From Luminiphilus sp. (GTDB lineage: Bacteria; Pseudomonadota; Gammaproteobacteria; Pseudomonadales; Halieaceae): a stretch of 58,172 bases of DNA. Below the pieces are notes generated by a model that made no database searches, had not been told where the DNA came from, and saw only the letters and a program-made list of their open reading frames with translations. The position numbers and the translations under genes are program-made. Numbering within the stretch: position 1 is the first letter of the stretch; each line of letters opens with the position of its first letter. Location: positions 1 to 58,172 of the forward strand of contig JADHQG010000001.1 of NCBI GenBank assembly GCA_016778045.1, written 5' to 3'. Shown piece by piece: positions 7,566 to 15,972 of this stretch.

Positions 7566-9128
7566 TCAGCCCTCGCTTTTCTCGTCTGAGGCTTCGGGAG
7601 GCTGACAACCCGTGGCACAACACTGGCCGGGCTGCTTCTGTCGATTGGGGGCGCCCGACGATCCAGACTCCGCGACACCTCGATCCAGCAATCGCTCGAC
7701 CAATGAGCGGCGCTCTTCTATCGGATACCGGCGGTAAATTTCCCGCTTCATCGCCTGAGGAGAGCCACCGCCATGAAGACTGATCACCGAATACCACCCG
7801 CCGGTTGACGAAGCAGTAATATCGCCAAGGAATCGCGCTACCTGCTTGCGCTGGTCGTAGGGGATATCCGGGCGGCCAGCCAGCACCGAGGCCAAATCGC
7901 CCGACGTTGCCGGGTTATGGTCCTCATCAGGCCCGGGCAACGCAACGATGAGCCCGCCCGACACTTCGTGGGCTATGCGATGCATGTCATATATCTGCGT
8001 GGCCAACAGCAACTTGCCGACATTGGAAAACACAGGCTCGGGCATCCAGGAGCCGCAGGGATCCTCTACACCATAAACCGAGGCCGCCACGCCACAGGCA
8101 AAGAAACCCTCAACCAGTTTGATGAGTTCGGCCATGCTGTCACGCAAGTGCGGCACGTTATCCATATCGAGACCGTTAGCCTCAGTCATCAGTGACCCCG
8201 CACCAATGAGCAAATCGCCAAAGCCGGCCCGCGCACCAATACAACTGTGCCGATGATGGTTGGCATATGAGGTCACAAGATGCTCGGTGTATTGGTGCTC
8301 ACCTGCCAGGAACACCTGATCCCAGGGCACCAGCACCTGATCAAAATGGCATACCGCAACACTCTGACCATACTTAGAGCTGAATTGAGCATCGGCCTCA
8401 CCCGGCCTGCCCGCGGGTCGCGAGATAATCGTGAGGCCCTTCGCATCGATAGGGACCGCACAACATACTGCGAAATCAGCATCTTCCTTTCGCATCGTTC
8501 GGCAAGGCATCACCAGCAGTTCGTGCATATAAGGACCACCGGTCACGATCGCCTTGGCCCCCGAGATGACAACACCCTCAGCGCGCCGCTCCGTGATATG
8601 CACGTAGCTGTCAATATTTTGCTGATCGCCAGGGCGCTTGCTGCGATCCCCTTTGCCATCGGTCATGGCGACCCCAAGGGTCAGGTCCTCGTCCTGAATC
8701 CGATGCAGGTAGGCAAGAAAACGTTCGTGGTGCTCCCCGGCAGTATCCTCCGACATCTGCCAAGTCGCCTGATAAATGGCATTGAGCGCATCGTGGGTCA
8801 GATAGCGTTGAGCACAGCCACTCTCTCGGCACAGCAGCCTCACCGCTTCGAGCTTGGACAGCAAGTCCTCGCTGTGACGGTTAATGTGCAGCATTCGATT
8901 CACAGTCTTACCCGAGGTAGCTTGGTCAGCCAACATCAATCCACCGTACTCGGGCTTCTGGGCAAAATCGTAGGTCACGCCGATCGCACGGATACCGGGC
9001 TGCAATCGGGGCTCATCGACCACTGAGTCAATCCGGTCTCCGTCGACATAAACCGTCGGACTGTACTTCCGTAGACTCTCCTCATACTCGGCCGCGCTCA
9101 TGATGCGGCCCCCTGCTTTCATCAACAT
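7566..9128 (-). CDS. 4-hydroxybutyryl-CoA dehydratase (AbfD)/HpaB-family flavoprotein with altered active site
   Basis: EYEESLRK, AMTDGKGDRSKRP, SGAKAIVTG, SLHGGGSPQA follow the AbfD layout; C-terminal CCATGC extension. Confidence 0.88.
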   Translation of the reverse strand: MLMKAGGRIMSAAEYEESLRKYSPTVYVDGDRIDSVVDEPRLQPGIRAIGVTYDFAQKPEYGGLMLADQATSGKTVNRMLHINRHSEDLLSKLEAVRLLCRESGCAQRYLTHDALNAIYQATWQMSEDTAGEHHERFLAYLHRIQDEDLTLGVAMTDGKGDRSKRPGDQQNIDSYVHITERRAEGVVISGAKAIVTGGPYMHELLVMPCRTMRKEDADFAVCCAVPIDAKGLTIISRPAGRPGEADAQFSSKYGQSVAVCHFDQVLVPWDQVFLAGEHQYTEHLVTSYANHHRHSCIGARAGFGDLLIGAGSLMTEANGLDMDNVPHLRDSMAELIKLVEGFFACGVAASVYGVEDPCGSWMPEPVFSNVGKLLLATQIYDMHRIAHEVSGGLIVALPGPDEDHNPATSGDLASVLAGRPDIPYDQRKQVARFLGDITASSTGGWYSVISLHGGGSPQAMKREIYRRYPIEERRSLVERLLDRGVAESGSSGAPNRQKQPGQCCATGCQPPEASDEKSEG

Positions 9129-9146
9129 ACCCTGCTCCTCGTGCGC

Positions 9147-10565
9147 TTAATCAGCGCCGCTGGCTCCAGTCCGCAGCAATGCCGTCAATGCCGCTAAATC
9201 ATTCATTTCATCAAGATGGAGTAGCGCGTCCCATAACTGCTCGGCCGACTCGCGACTGATTGTCAGCGTGCAGTTATCGAGGAATTTACCGCGCACTTCA
9301 TCATGCGATAGCACCTTGCCCTCAGCTCCGCGGTTCACCAACTCAAAATGCTCAAGCTCGTTGCCATCCCGGAGTTTGATTTTGACACCACCGGAAAACA
9401 CATCAGGGTAACGGGACCGTTCGTCGTGGGCACAATCAATGCGTTGCGCCAAGTCCAGCACCTCCGCATCCAAGCGCGCAGCATCCTCCAAGTCGGCCAG
9501 GTTAAAACGCCCCTTGCACAATGCGGTCGCTACCGCGTAAGGCACGCTGAACTTGGCGTCGTATTCACCCTGCGGCTGTCGCTTGGCGTCGATGGGATCC
9601 ACCACGACACCAAACTGGCGCTCATGCAGCAAGATCGTGACTGATTCAATATCCTCGGGCGCAACGCCATGCTCCCGACGCAACGTCAGCGCCGCGTCTA
9701 CCGGGGCGTGATTAAAGTGACAAATGGGAAAGGGCTTAATCGCGACAGTCCGCAACGCCCATTCCTGAAACAGCTGAACTGACACCGCCTCGGTGTCGAC
9801 TGAGGTACCCGGCGCGTAAAGCGCATAAAAACCGAAGCGGCCACCATAGGCCTCAGCTGGGCCCTCAAAGCCTGACACACCGAGCGCAGCAGCCTGCAGG
9901 GCTGCTGAGGCCGCCCAGCCGGGGTGGAGCCGCTTGGTCCAGCTACCGTCATCCAAAAAAGCCATGCTGCCGCTACTCATGCTCAGTGCAACGCCCTGGG
10001 CTCTCACCAGCGCCTCGGCGTTGCCGCCCATCCAACGCGCGGCCGCCACCGTCGCCCCAAAAATGCCGACCACGCCAGTAGGGTGAAAACCGACCTGCTG
10101 GAAGACACCGCCAGCCTGAGTGCCCAACATGGCGTCAACTTCTATCGCTACCAACGTCGCCAACATCAGGTCGGCGCCACTGAGTTGGTGCTGCTCCGCC
10201 AAGGCCAGTGCGGCAGGGAACGCGCTGGCGGTGCAATGGACCACCGACGCGAGATGGGTGTCATCGTAGTCAAGGCCGTGCACCAGCAGACCGTTCATCA
10301 ACGCGGCATCGCGGAGCGATACCGTGTCTTGCTGACCGATGATCGTCGAGGCACCCGCGCTACCCAACAGTTCCAGTGACTGAAGAGATTTGCGCGCAAA
10401 GTCGTACTGTCGGGAGGCCAATGCAATGCCTATCGCGTCGGCAAGACACAACTTCAGGTAATGCCAGACATCGTCCGGCACGCCGGCTCGATCTAATGCG
10501 AGGACACTATCCGCTATAGCGCGGCTAAGAGGCGCCGTCTGGTGGGTAAGGTGGGAGGCTTGCAT
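9147..10565 (-). CDS. MmgE/PrpD family protein
   Basis: AALMNGLLVHGLDYDDTH, GFHPT, KRLHPG, KPFPICHFNH, AKFSVPY. Start at ATG 10565. Confidence 0.93.
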   Translation of the reverse strand: MQASHLTHQTAPLSRAIADSVLALDRAGVPDDVWHYLKLCLADAIGIALASRQYDFARKSLQSLELLGSAGASTIIGQQDTVSLRDAALMNGLLVHGLDYDDTHLASVVHCTASAFPAALALAEQHQLSGADLMLATLVAIEVDAMLGTQAGGVFQQVGFHPTGVVGIFGATVAAARWMGGNAEALVRAQGVALSMSSGSMAFLDDGSWTKRLHPGWAASAALQAAALGVSGFEGPAEAYGGRFGFYALYAPGTSVDTEAVSVQLFQEWALRTVAIKPFPICHFNHAPVDAALTLRREHGVAPEDIESVTILLHERQFGVVVDPIDAKRQPQGEYDAKFSVPYAVATALCKGRFNLADLEDAARLDAEVLDLAQRIDCAHDERSRYPDVFSGGVKIKLRDGNELEHFELVNRGAEGKVLSHDEVRGKFLDNCTLTISRESAEQLWDALLHLDEMNDLAALTALLRTGASGAD

Positions 10566-10577
10566 CGGACACTCCGG

Positions 10578-10593
10578 AAATGTCCGGACATAA
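10578..10593. promoter_or_regulatory. Putative GntR operator 4 (AAA-TGTCCGGACA-TAA, perfect 10-bp palindrome)
   Basis: Core lies 15 nt upstream of the MmgE/PrpD start and abuts minus-strand -10 TATTAT (10595-10590). Confidence 0.8.
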
Positions 10594-10674
10594 TACACCA
10601 ACGCACAGGCTGTGCCGACTCGCCCGGGCGGCCGACGCTAGCTAAGACTTAACCCCGCTGCGATACAACGTGCC

Positions 10675-11562
10675 TTAGCCGAGTAACTTGTCTGCCAAGG
10701 CGAGAATGCGCTGACTCTTATACACAATCGGATAATCGATGAAATATCCGTCCAACTGTATGGAAGCGGAACCCTCAGCCTCTGCAGCTTCAAAAGCATC
10801 AACCACCGCCCGAGCGTGAGCGATTTCCTCTTCGGATGGCGTAAAGATCTGGTGCGTCAATGGAATCTGGTCGGGATGAATGCAGAGCTTGCCGCCAAAT
10901 CCAAACTGTTTGCCGTATCTCGCCGATTGCAGAAAGCGGTCATTGTCTTTGATCTGCAGCACAACGGTATCAATGGGGGGCTCCAAGTCGCCCAACCTTG
11001 CGGCGTGGGACAGCTTGGCGCGAGCGTAGGCCAACACGGTTTCATCGGCTCCCCACTCATAATTGAGATCGAGGGTGTAGTCCCCTCCGCCAAACGCCAT
11101 CCTTCTCACACGGCTATCGGCGGTCGCAATCTTCTTGGCTGACTCCACCCCTGCGGCGGTTTCGATTATCGGCATCAAATCCAGACTGCCCACCGGCAAC
11201 CCCTGTTCGGCCTCGGCTGCCGCCAAAAGACTTTCTAATTGGTTGATGCACGAACGTGACTCCACTTTCGGCAACACCACCCCATCGAGCCATGGACCAA
11301 CGGTCGCCTTTATGTCCTCCTCACAATAGGGCGTATCGACACTGTTCACCCGAACATAATGGCGGGTTGAGCGGTCCGGTCGTGCACTAAACGCGTCCAC
11401 CACACACTGGCGCGCGGCCGGTTTTTCGGAAATGGCAACAGCGTCTTCCAGATCCAAAATGACCGCGTCGGCGCCGACCTGAAACACTTTTTCCACGCGC
11501 CGCGGATGATTAGCCGGGGTAAAAAGAAAGCTACGAATGGGGGCATCGTGGTTTGGCGTCAT
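10675..11562 (-). CDS. CitE/HpcH family CoA-ester lyase (citramalyl-/malyl-CoA lyase-like)
   Basis: RSFLFTPA, ILDLEDAV, YVRVN, LPKVES, IIETAAG, GKLCIHPDQI, FIDYP. Confidence 0.92.
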   Translation of the reverse strand: MTPNHDAPIRSFLFTPANHPRRVEKVFQVGADAVILDLEDAVAISEKPAARQCVVDAFSARPDRSTRHYVRVNSVDTPYCEEDIKATVGPWLDGVVLPKVESRSCINQLESLLAAAEAEQGLPVGSLDLMPIIETAAGVESAKKIATADSRVRRMAFGGGDYTLDLNYEWGADETVLAYARAKLSHAARLGDLEPPIDTVVLQIKDNDRFLQSARYGKQFGFGGKLCIHPDQIPLTHQIFTPSEEEIAHARAVVDAFEAAEAEGSASIQLDGYFIDYPIVYKSQRILALADKLLG

Positions 11563-11563
11563 C

Positions 11564-12412
11564 TCAGTTGCTCCAGGACCAGTGGTCAGCTGTCTGCCAC
11601 CCACGCGTAAATTCGAAGGTATAACTGAAGTTACTGGCAGGGTGCTCAGAGATTGAAACCTCGAACACGCGGCCGCCCCTACCCTGATAAAAACGACTGA
11701 CGCTCAATGATGGCGAACCCGCCTCCACTCCCAGCGCTTCCGCCTTTTGCGCTGACAGCACCCCTGCGGTGAGGCGAACCGTAATGTTTTCAATGCTTTC
11801 TTTAAATGTCTCCGCGATCATTTCGTAAACTGGGCGCGCACTGCCGCCCAAGCGCTGCGCGATCGATCCGTATTCGGGGATAACATAAACACTCGCCCAG
11901 CAAATCGGCATGCCGTCTGAGCCCAGTGTTCGCAGTCCTGTGATCTGAACCCATTCCTGGCCAGCTTGACATCCCAATTCGCGCGCCAACGACTTATCCG
12001 CCTTTATGCGTTTGTCCGAGAGCAAGCGAAACATGCTGCTGTCTGGGTAGCCGAAGAGCTCGGAGGGAGAGCGCACCATCTGCACAAAAGCCGGCGAGGC
12101 GTCGGTCGACAACACCACGGTACCTCGACCACGCTGACGTTTAACCAGCCCCATATCCTCGAGGACACGCAGCGCCTCCCTAATGGTGTGGCGACTGGCG
12201 TCGAAGCGGTCGATCAGATCCAGTTCTCCCGGCAAAAACGTGCCAACAGGAAACTTGCCCTCGCGAATGCCGGCCAATAGCTGATCTGAAATCTGTCGAT
12301 ACAAAGGTATGCGCGTATCGCTCTGCAGCGACGCCACACTGCTCTTCTTAGCAAGTTCAGTTTTCGTTGGTTCTGTTTTTGCCGTTGCAGTTTTTGATAG
12401 TTCAGCTTGCAT
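11564..12412 (-). CDS. GntR family regulator (HutC/UTRA subfamily)
   Basis: PLYRQI...LPGELDL...SRHTIREAL...RQRGRGTVV winged helix-turn-helix plus UTRA-like C-domain. Start probably ATG 12412. Confidence 0.93.
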   Translation of the reverse strand: MQAELSKTATAKTEPTKTELAKKSSVASLQSDTRIPLYRQISDQLLAGIREGKFPVGTFLPGELDLIDRFDASRHTIREALRVLEDMGLVKRQRGRGTVVLSTDASPAFVQMVRSPSELFGYPDSSMFRLLSDKRIKADKSLARELGCQAGQEWVQITGLRTLGSDGMPICWASVYVIPEYGSIAQRLGGSARPVYEMIAETFKESIENITVRLTAGVLSAQKAEALGVEAGSPSLSVSRFYQGRGGRVFEVSISEHPASNFSYTFEFTRGWQTADHWSWSN

Positions 12413-12437
12413 GGACGCCAGCAACCCCCCAGACTTT

Positions 12438-12453
12438 AATTGTCCCGACATTT
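12438..12453. promoter_or_regulatory. Putative GntR operator 5 (AAT-TGTCCCGACA-TTT), autoregulatory
   Basis: Lies between divergent gntR and maoC and overlaps minus-strand -10 TAAAAT (12455-12450). Confidence 0.78.
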
Positions 12454-12507
12454 TAGTTGGATCTGGACTTGTCACAACCTCTAGAGTCCTGCAAACGGGA
12501 GCCGATC

Positions 12508-12993
12508 ATGACCAAACCGAGCGCCAAAGCGCGATACGCGCACCAAAAAGGCCGCTTGTTCGAGGACTTCACTGTGGGCGATGTTTATCATCATCTTCCC
12601 GGCAGGACGATCTCGCAGCATGACAACGCATGGTTTACGTTGCTCACGATGAATACACATCCACTGCACTTTGATGAGGAATACGCCGCGGAGACCGAAT
12701 TTGGCCGACCCCTCGTTGCTAGCCCACTCACTGTCGCCATCATCGTTGGCATGAGCGTGTCCGATGTTAGCGAGGCGGCCATCGCCAACCTCGGTTGGAA
12801 AGAAATCAAACTCCCGGCACCTGTTTTTCCGGGAGATACGCTTTATGCCAATACCGAAGTACTGGACAAGCGGGAGTCTCGGTCGCGACCCAACGCCGGG
12901 ATTGTCAGCGTGCTCACCCGCGGCATCAATCAGGACGATGTCGAAGTCTGTGTCTTCGAGCGCCAAATTCTCGTCCCCAAGCGGGCCGCCTAA
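12508..12993 (+). CDS. MaoC family (hot-dog fold) acyl-CoA hydratase/dehydratase
   Basis: GRLFEDFTVG, TMNTHPLHFD, PVFPGDTL, SRSRPNAGIV; RBS GGGAG. Confidence 0.92.
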   Translation: MTKPSAKARYAHQKGRLFEDFTVGDVYHHLPGRTISQHDNAWFTLLTMNTHPLHFDEEYAAETEFGRPLVASPLTVAIIVGMSVSDVSEAAIANLGWKEIKLPAPVFPGDTLYANTEVLDKRESRSRPNAGIVSVLTRGINQDDVEVCVFERQILVPKRAA

Positions 12994-13016
12994 ACTCATT
13001 TTTCAGGAGATTTACC

Positions 13017-14165
13017 ATGGGTCACGATGCCTCAGTTGAACAACAGATTCTGGCGACCATCGATAAATGGGTAGAGCAGGAATTGCGGCCCATCGCCCGG
13101 GAACACGATCAAGCCGACGCGTACCCAACGGGCCTCGTAGAGCAGATGAAAGAGCTGGGACTCTTCGGCGCCACCATCTCGGAGGAATACGGCGGTCTAG
13201 GGCTGAGCGCATCCACCTATGCCCGCATCGTGTCGCGTATCTGCGAGGTGTGGATGGCGCCTTCCGGTATTTTTAACTCGCATTTAATTATGGCCAGCTG
13301 CGTCGAACGCGCCGGTACGCAAGCGCAGAAAGAGCATTTCCTACCCAAATTCGCGACCGGTGAGTTACGAGGCGGCATTGGTTTAACCGAGCCCGACGCC
13401 GGGTCGGATCTTCAAGGCATACGACTGGTTGCCAAAAAAGATGGTGAGGATTACATCCTGAACGGCACCAAGACCTGGATTTCTAATGGCATCAACGGCA
13501 ATTGCCTGGCGGTACTGACCAAAACGGATCCCAACGCCTCTCCCAGGCACAAAGGCATGAGCCTGTTTATTTGTGAAAAGGGTGAGGGGTTCAGCGTAGG
13601 GAAAAAACTGAAAAAGCTGGGTTACCGATCCATCGACAGCGCAGAACTCATTTTCGAGGATTTTCGGGTATCGCAGGACAATTTGGTCGGTGGCGAGGAA
13701 GGCAAGGGTTTTCAGCAAGTTGCAGGAGGGCTGGAACTCGGCCGCATCAACATTGCCGCGCGCGGTGCCGGCATGGCCAAAGGCGCCACCAATATGGCCC
13801 TTCACTATGCGATGGAGCGCAAAACCTTTGGCAAGACAATTGCAGAACATCAGGCAATCCAGCTCAAACTGGCTGAAATGTCGACCCGGGCGGCGGCTGC
13901 CGAATTGCTAGTGCACCAGGCGGCCGACAAGTTTGATCGTCTCGAGCGCTGTGATCTCGAGGCGGGTCAGGCGAAGTTTTTTGCCTCTGAGGCGGCGGTT
14001 CAGAACAGCTTGGACGCGATGCGAGTGTTTGGCGGCTATAGCTATTCGCCGGAATACGAAATCGAGCGGTTTTACCGAGACGCGCCACTACTCTGTATTG
14101 GGGAGGGCACCAACGAGATTCAGCGCATGATCATCGCAAAGCAAATGGTTGCGCGCGCGTCGTGA
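13017..14165 (+). CDS. Acyl-CoA dehydrogenase
   Basis: LTEPDAGSD, NGTKTWISNG, GRINIAA, RKTFGK, GGYSY, IGEGTNEIQR; RBS AGGAGA. Confidence 0.95.
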   Translation: MGHDASVEQQILATIDKWVEQELRPIAREHDQADAYPTGLVEQMKELGLFGATISEEYGGLGLSASTYARIVSRICEVWMAPSGIFNSHLIMASCVERAGTQAQKEHFLPKFATGELRGGIGLTEPDAGSDLQGIRLVAKKDGEDYILNGTKTWISNGINGNCLAVLTKTDPNASPRHKGMSLFICEKGEGFSVGKKLKKLGYRSIDSAELIFEDFRVSQDNLVGGEEGKGFQQVAGGLELGRINIAARGAGMAKGATNMALHYAMERKTFGKTIAEHQAIQLKLAEMSTRAAAAELLVHQAADKFDRLERCDLEAGQAKFFASEAAVQNSLDAMRVFGGYSYSPEYEIERFYRDAPLLCIGEGTNEIQRMIIAKQMVARAS

Positions 14166-14174
14166 CCAGCAGGA

Positions 14175-14843
14175 TCAGTTCAGTACAGTCATAAATTCGC
14201 GGGCGTCCAGTCGCTCGGTGCGGTAGGTATTCACCAGCGCGTCGGGGTCCGCGTAGCCCAGGGACATGCCGCAAACGAGCATCTGTTCGTCGGGTGCATT
14301 CAAAATTGGCATGACGCTATCGTAGTAGGAACAAAAGGCCGCCTGTGCGCAGCTCTCCAAGCCTGCCTCCCTTGCGGCCAACATAAACGATTGGAGAAAC
14401 ATGCCGTAATCGAGCCAACTACCCTGCTCCATATCTCGATCAATCGTAAAAAACAGCCCGACGGGCGCTCCAAAAAACGCATAGTTCTGAGCGCGATAGC
14501 CCTGTACTGCAGCGACATCTTGCCGTTCGATACCCAAGAGACCATAGAGACCGAACCCCGTCTGACGACGCCGGCCAATATAGGGCTGCCGCCATTCTCG
14601 GGGGTAATAATGATATTCGTACTCTCCCTCATCACCGGAGAGGTATCGGGTTGTGCAGGCCTCGGTGATGCGATGCTTGGTATCACCCCGGACGATATAA
14701 ACGTGCCAAGGTTGAATGTTCGACCCTGACGGCGCTCTGCCTGCGATGGTTAATAGCGCCTCTATCTGCTCGTCATCAACAGGGCGCTCCGACAGGAAAG
14801 CCCGAATACTTTGTCGGCCCGTAATGGCATCGCTGACACGCAT
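14175..14843 (-). CDS. Nitroreductase family protein
   Basis: RQSIRAF, APSGSNIQPW, FFGAPV, GMSLGY. Confidence 0.92.
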   Translation of the reverse strand: MRVSDAITGRQSIRAFLSERPVDDEQIEALLTIAGRAPSGSNIQPWHVYIVRGDTKHRITEACTTRYLSGDEGEYEYHYYPREWRQPYIGRRRQTGFGLYGLLGIERQDVAAVQGYRAQNYAFFGAPVGLFFTIDRDMEQGSWLDYGMFLQSFMLAAREAGLESCAQAAFCSYYDSVMPILNAPDEQMLVCGMSLGYADPDALVNTYRTERLDAREFMTVLN

Positions 14844-14851
14844 GGTTCAGC

Positions 14852-15748
14852 TCAAGCGCATTGCTTGGTCAGCCAGGTGTGCGCCCTGCCGCCTTGAGGC
14901 GCACCGATCATGTCGCTCAGTAGCGCCACCGCGTCCAGCAGATTCGGCATCGCGATGCCGGTCTCGTAGCCCATCGATTCACACAACATCACCACGTCCT
15001 CGGTGGCGACATTACCTTTAGCACCGGGAGCAAAAGGACAGCCCCCTAACCCACCTGCCGAGGCATCAAACTGTCGGACACCCGCTTGCAGGGCAGCGTA
15101 AACATTCGCCAATCCCATGGCCCGGGTATCATGAAAATGGCACCCCAATTGATCCGGCCCATATCGATCAACCAATTTTTGCATCATGGACTGCACTGCC
15201 GCGGGATTTGCAGCGCCAATGGTATCGGCGATGACCAACCTAGCCGGCTTGTGCTGCATCAACCTGTCTACCTGCTCAAGCACCAGCGACTCTGAAACAG
15301 GCCCTTCATAGGGACATTCAAAAGCGACAGCCAAGTAAGCGTGAACCGCAACACCCTCTGCTGCTGCGCGGTCCAGAATATCTTCGCCCATGACAAGGGT
15401 CTCTTCGAGACTTTTGCGGATGTTGTTTTGATTCATTTCTTCTGTCGCCGCCAGCGCAATCGCGTGGCTGCGGATACCCGCCTGAACTGCCAGCTCATAG
15501 CCCTTCATATTCGGTACTAGCGCACTGTAAGCGAGGTCGACAGGCGGCAAATTGGCAGCGATTTCGTCGGTCCCTGCCATTTGAGGAACTGCTTTGGGTG
15601 AGACGAAAGAGCCAATCTCCAGTTCGGGCACCCCGGTTTGCGCCAGCGCAACCAGCAAGCTCATGCGCTGTTCCACTGTCAGATGCTTCGGCTGAGCCTG
15701 CAGCCCATCGCGCGCCGCTACCTCCTTGATCACCACCTGCTGTGTCAT
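14852..15748 (-). CDS. HMG-CoA lyase family (DRE-TIM) protein
   Basis: EVAARDGLQ, SFVSPKAVPQM, ADTIG, HFHDT, GGLGGCPFAPGAKGNVATED. Confidence 0.93.
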   Translation of the reverse strand: MTQQVVIKEVAARDGLQAQPKHLTVEQRMSLLVALAQTGVPELEIGSFVSPKAVPQMAGTDEIAANLPPVDLAYSALVPNMKGYELAVQAGIRSHAIALAATEEMNQNNIRKSLEETLVMGEDILDRAAAEGVAVHAYLAVAFECPYEGPVSESLVLEQVDRLMQHKPARLVIADTIGAANPAAVQSMMQKLVDRYGPDQLGCHFHDTRAMGLANVYAALQAGVRQFDASAGGLGGCPFAPGAKGNVATEDVVMLCESMGYETGIAMPNLLDAVALLSDMIGAPQGGRAHTWLTKQCA

Positions 15749-15854
15749 TGTGTTTCTCCTTTCTCATATCCACCCGGCTACCCATATAGGTCAACGGGGG
15801 AAGTTCGAAGAGTGTAGCGCCACTTCGATCGATCGGCATCAACCTCGGGCGTGT

Positions 15855-15870
15855 CAGTGTCAGAACATAT
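15855..15870. promoter_or_regulatory. Putative GntR operator 6, weaker (CAG-TGTCAGAACA-TAT)
   Basis: Same TGT-N4-ACA core in the divergent lyase/isochorismatase intergenic region; left flank diverges. Confidence 0.5.
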
Positions 15871-15972
15871 CTAGGCTTATGGATGAAAAACCGGCGCTGA
15901 CAAGACGATGGCGTCGTCTGGGCAGATCAGCCATGATGGCACCGGCTCCTGAACTTGTCTGGAATCAAGGTT

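Noticed and set aside
12795-13016. ORF-track N-terminal extensions (ACAD, skp, bamC, yihY, SDR, PTPS, Nudix, glnD and others)
   Set aside because: They overlap neighbouring genes; downstream starts have an RBS or stop-start coupling and match family N-termini.
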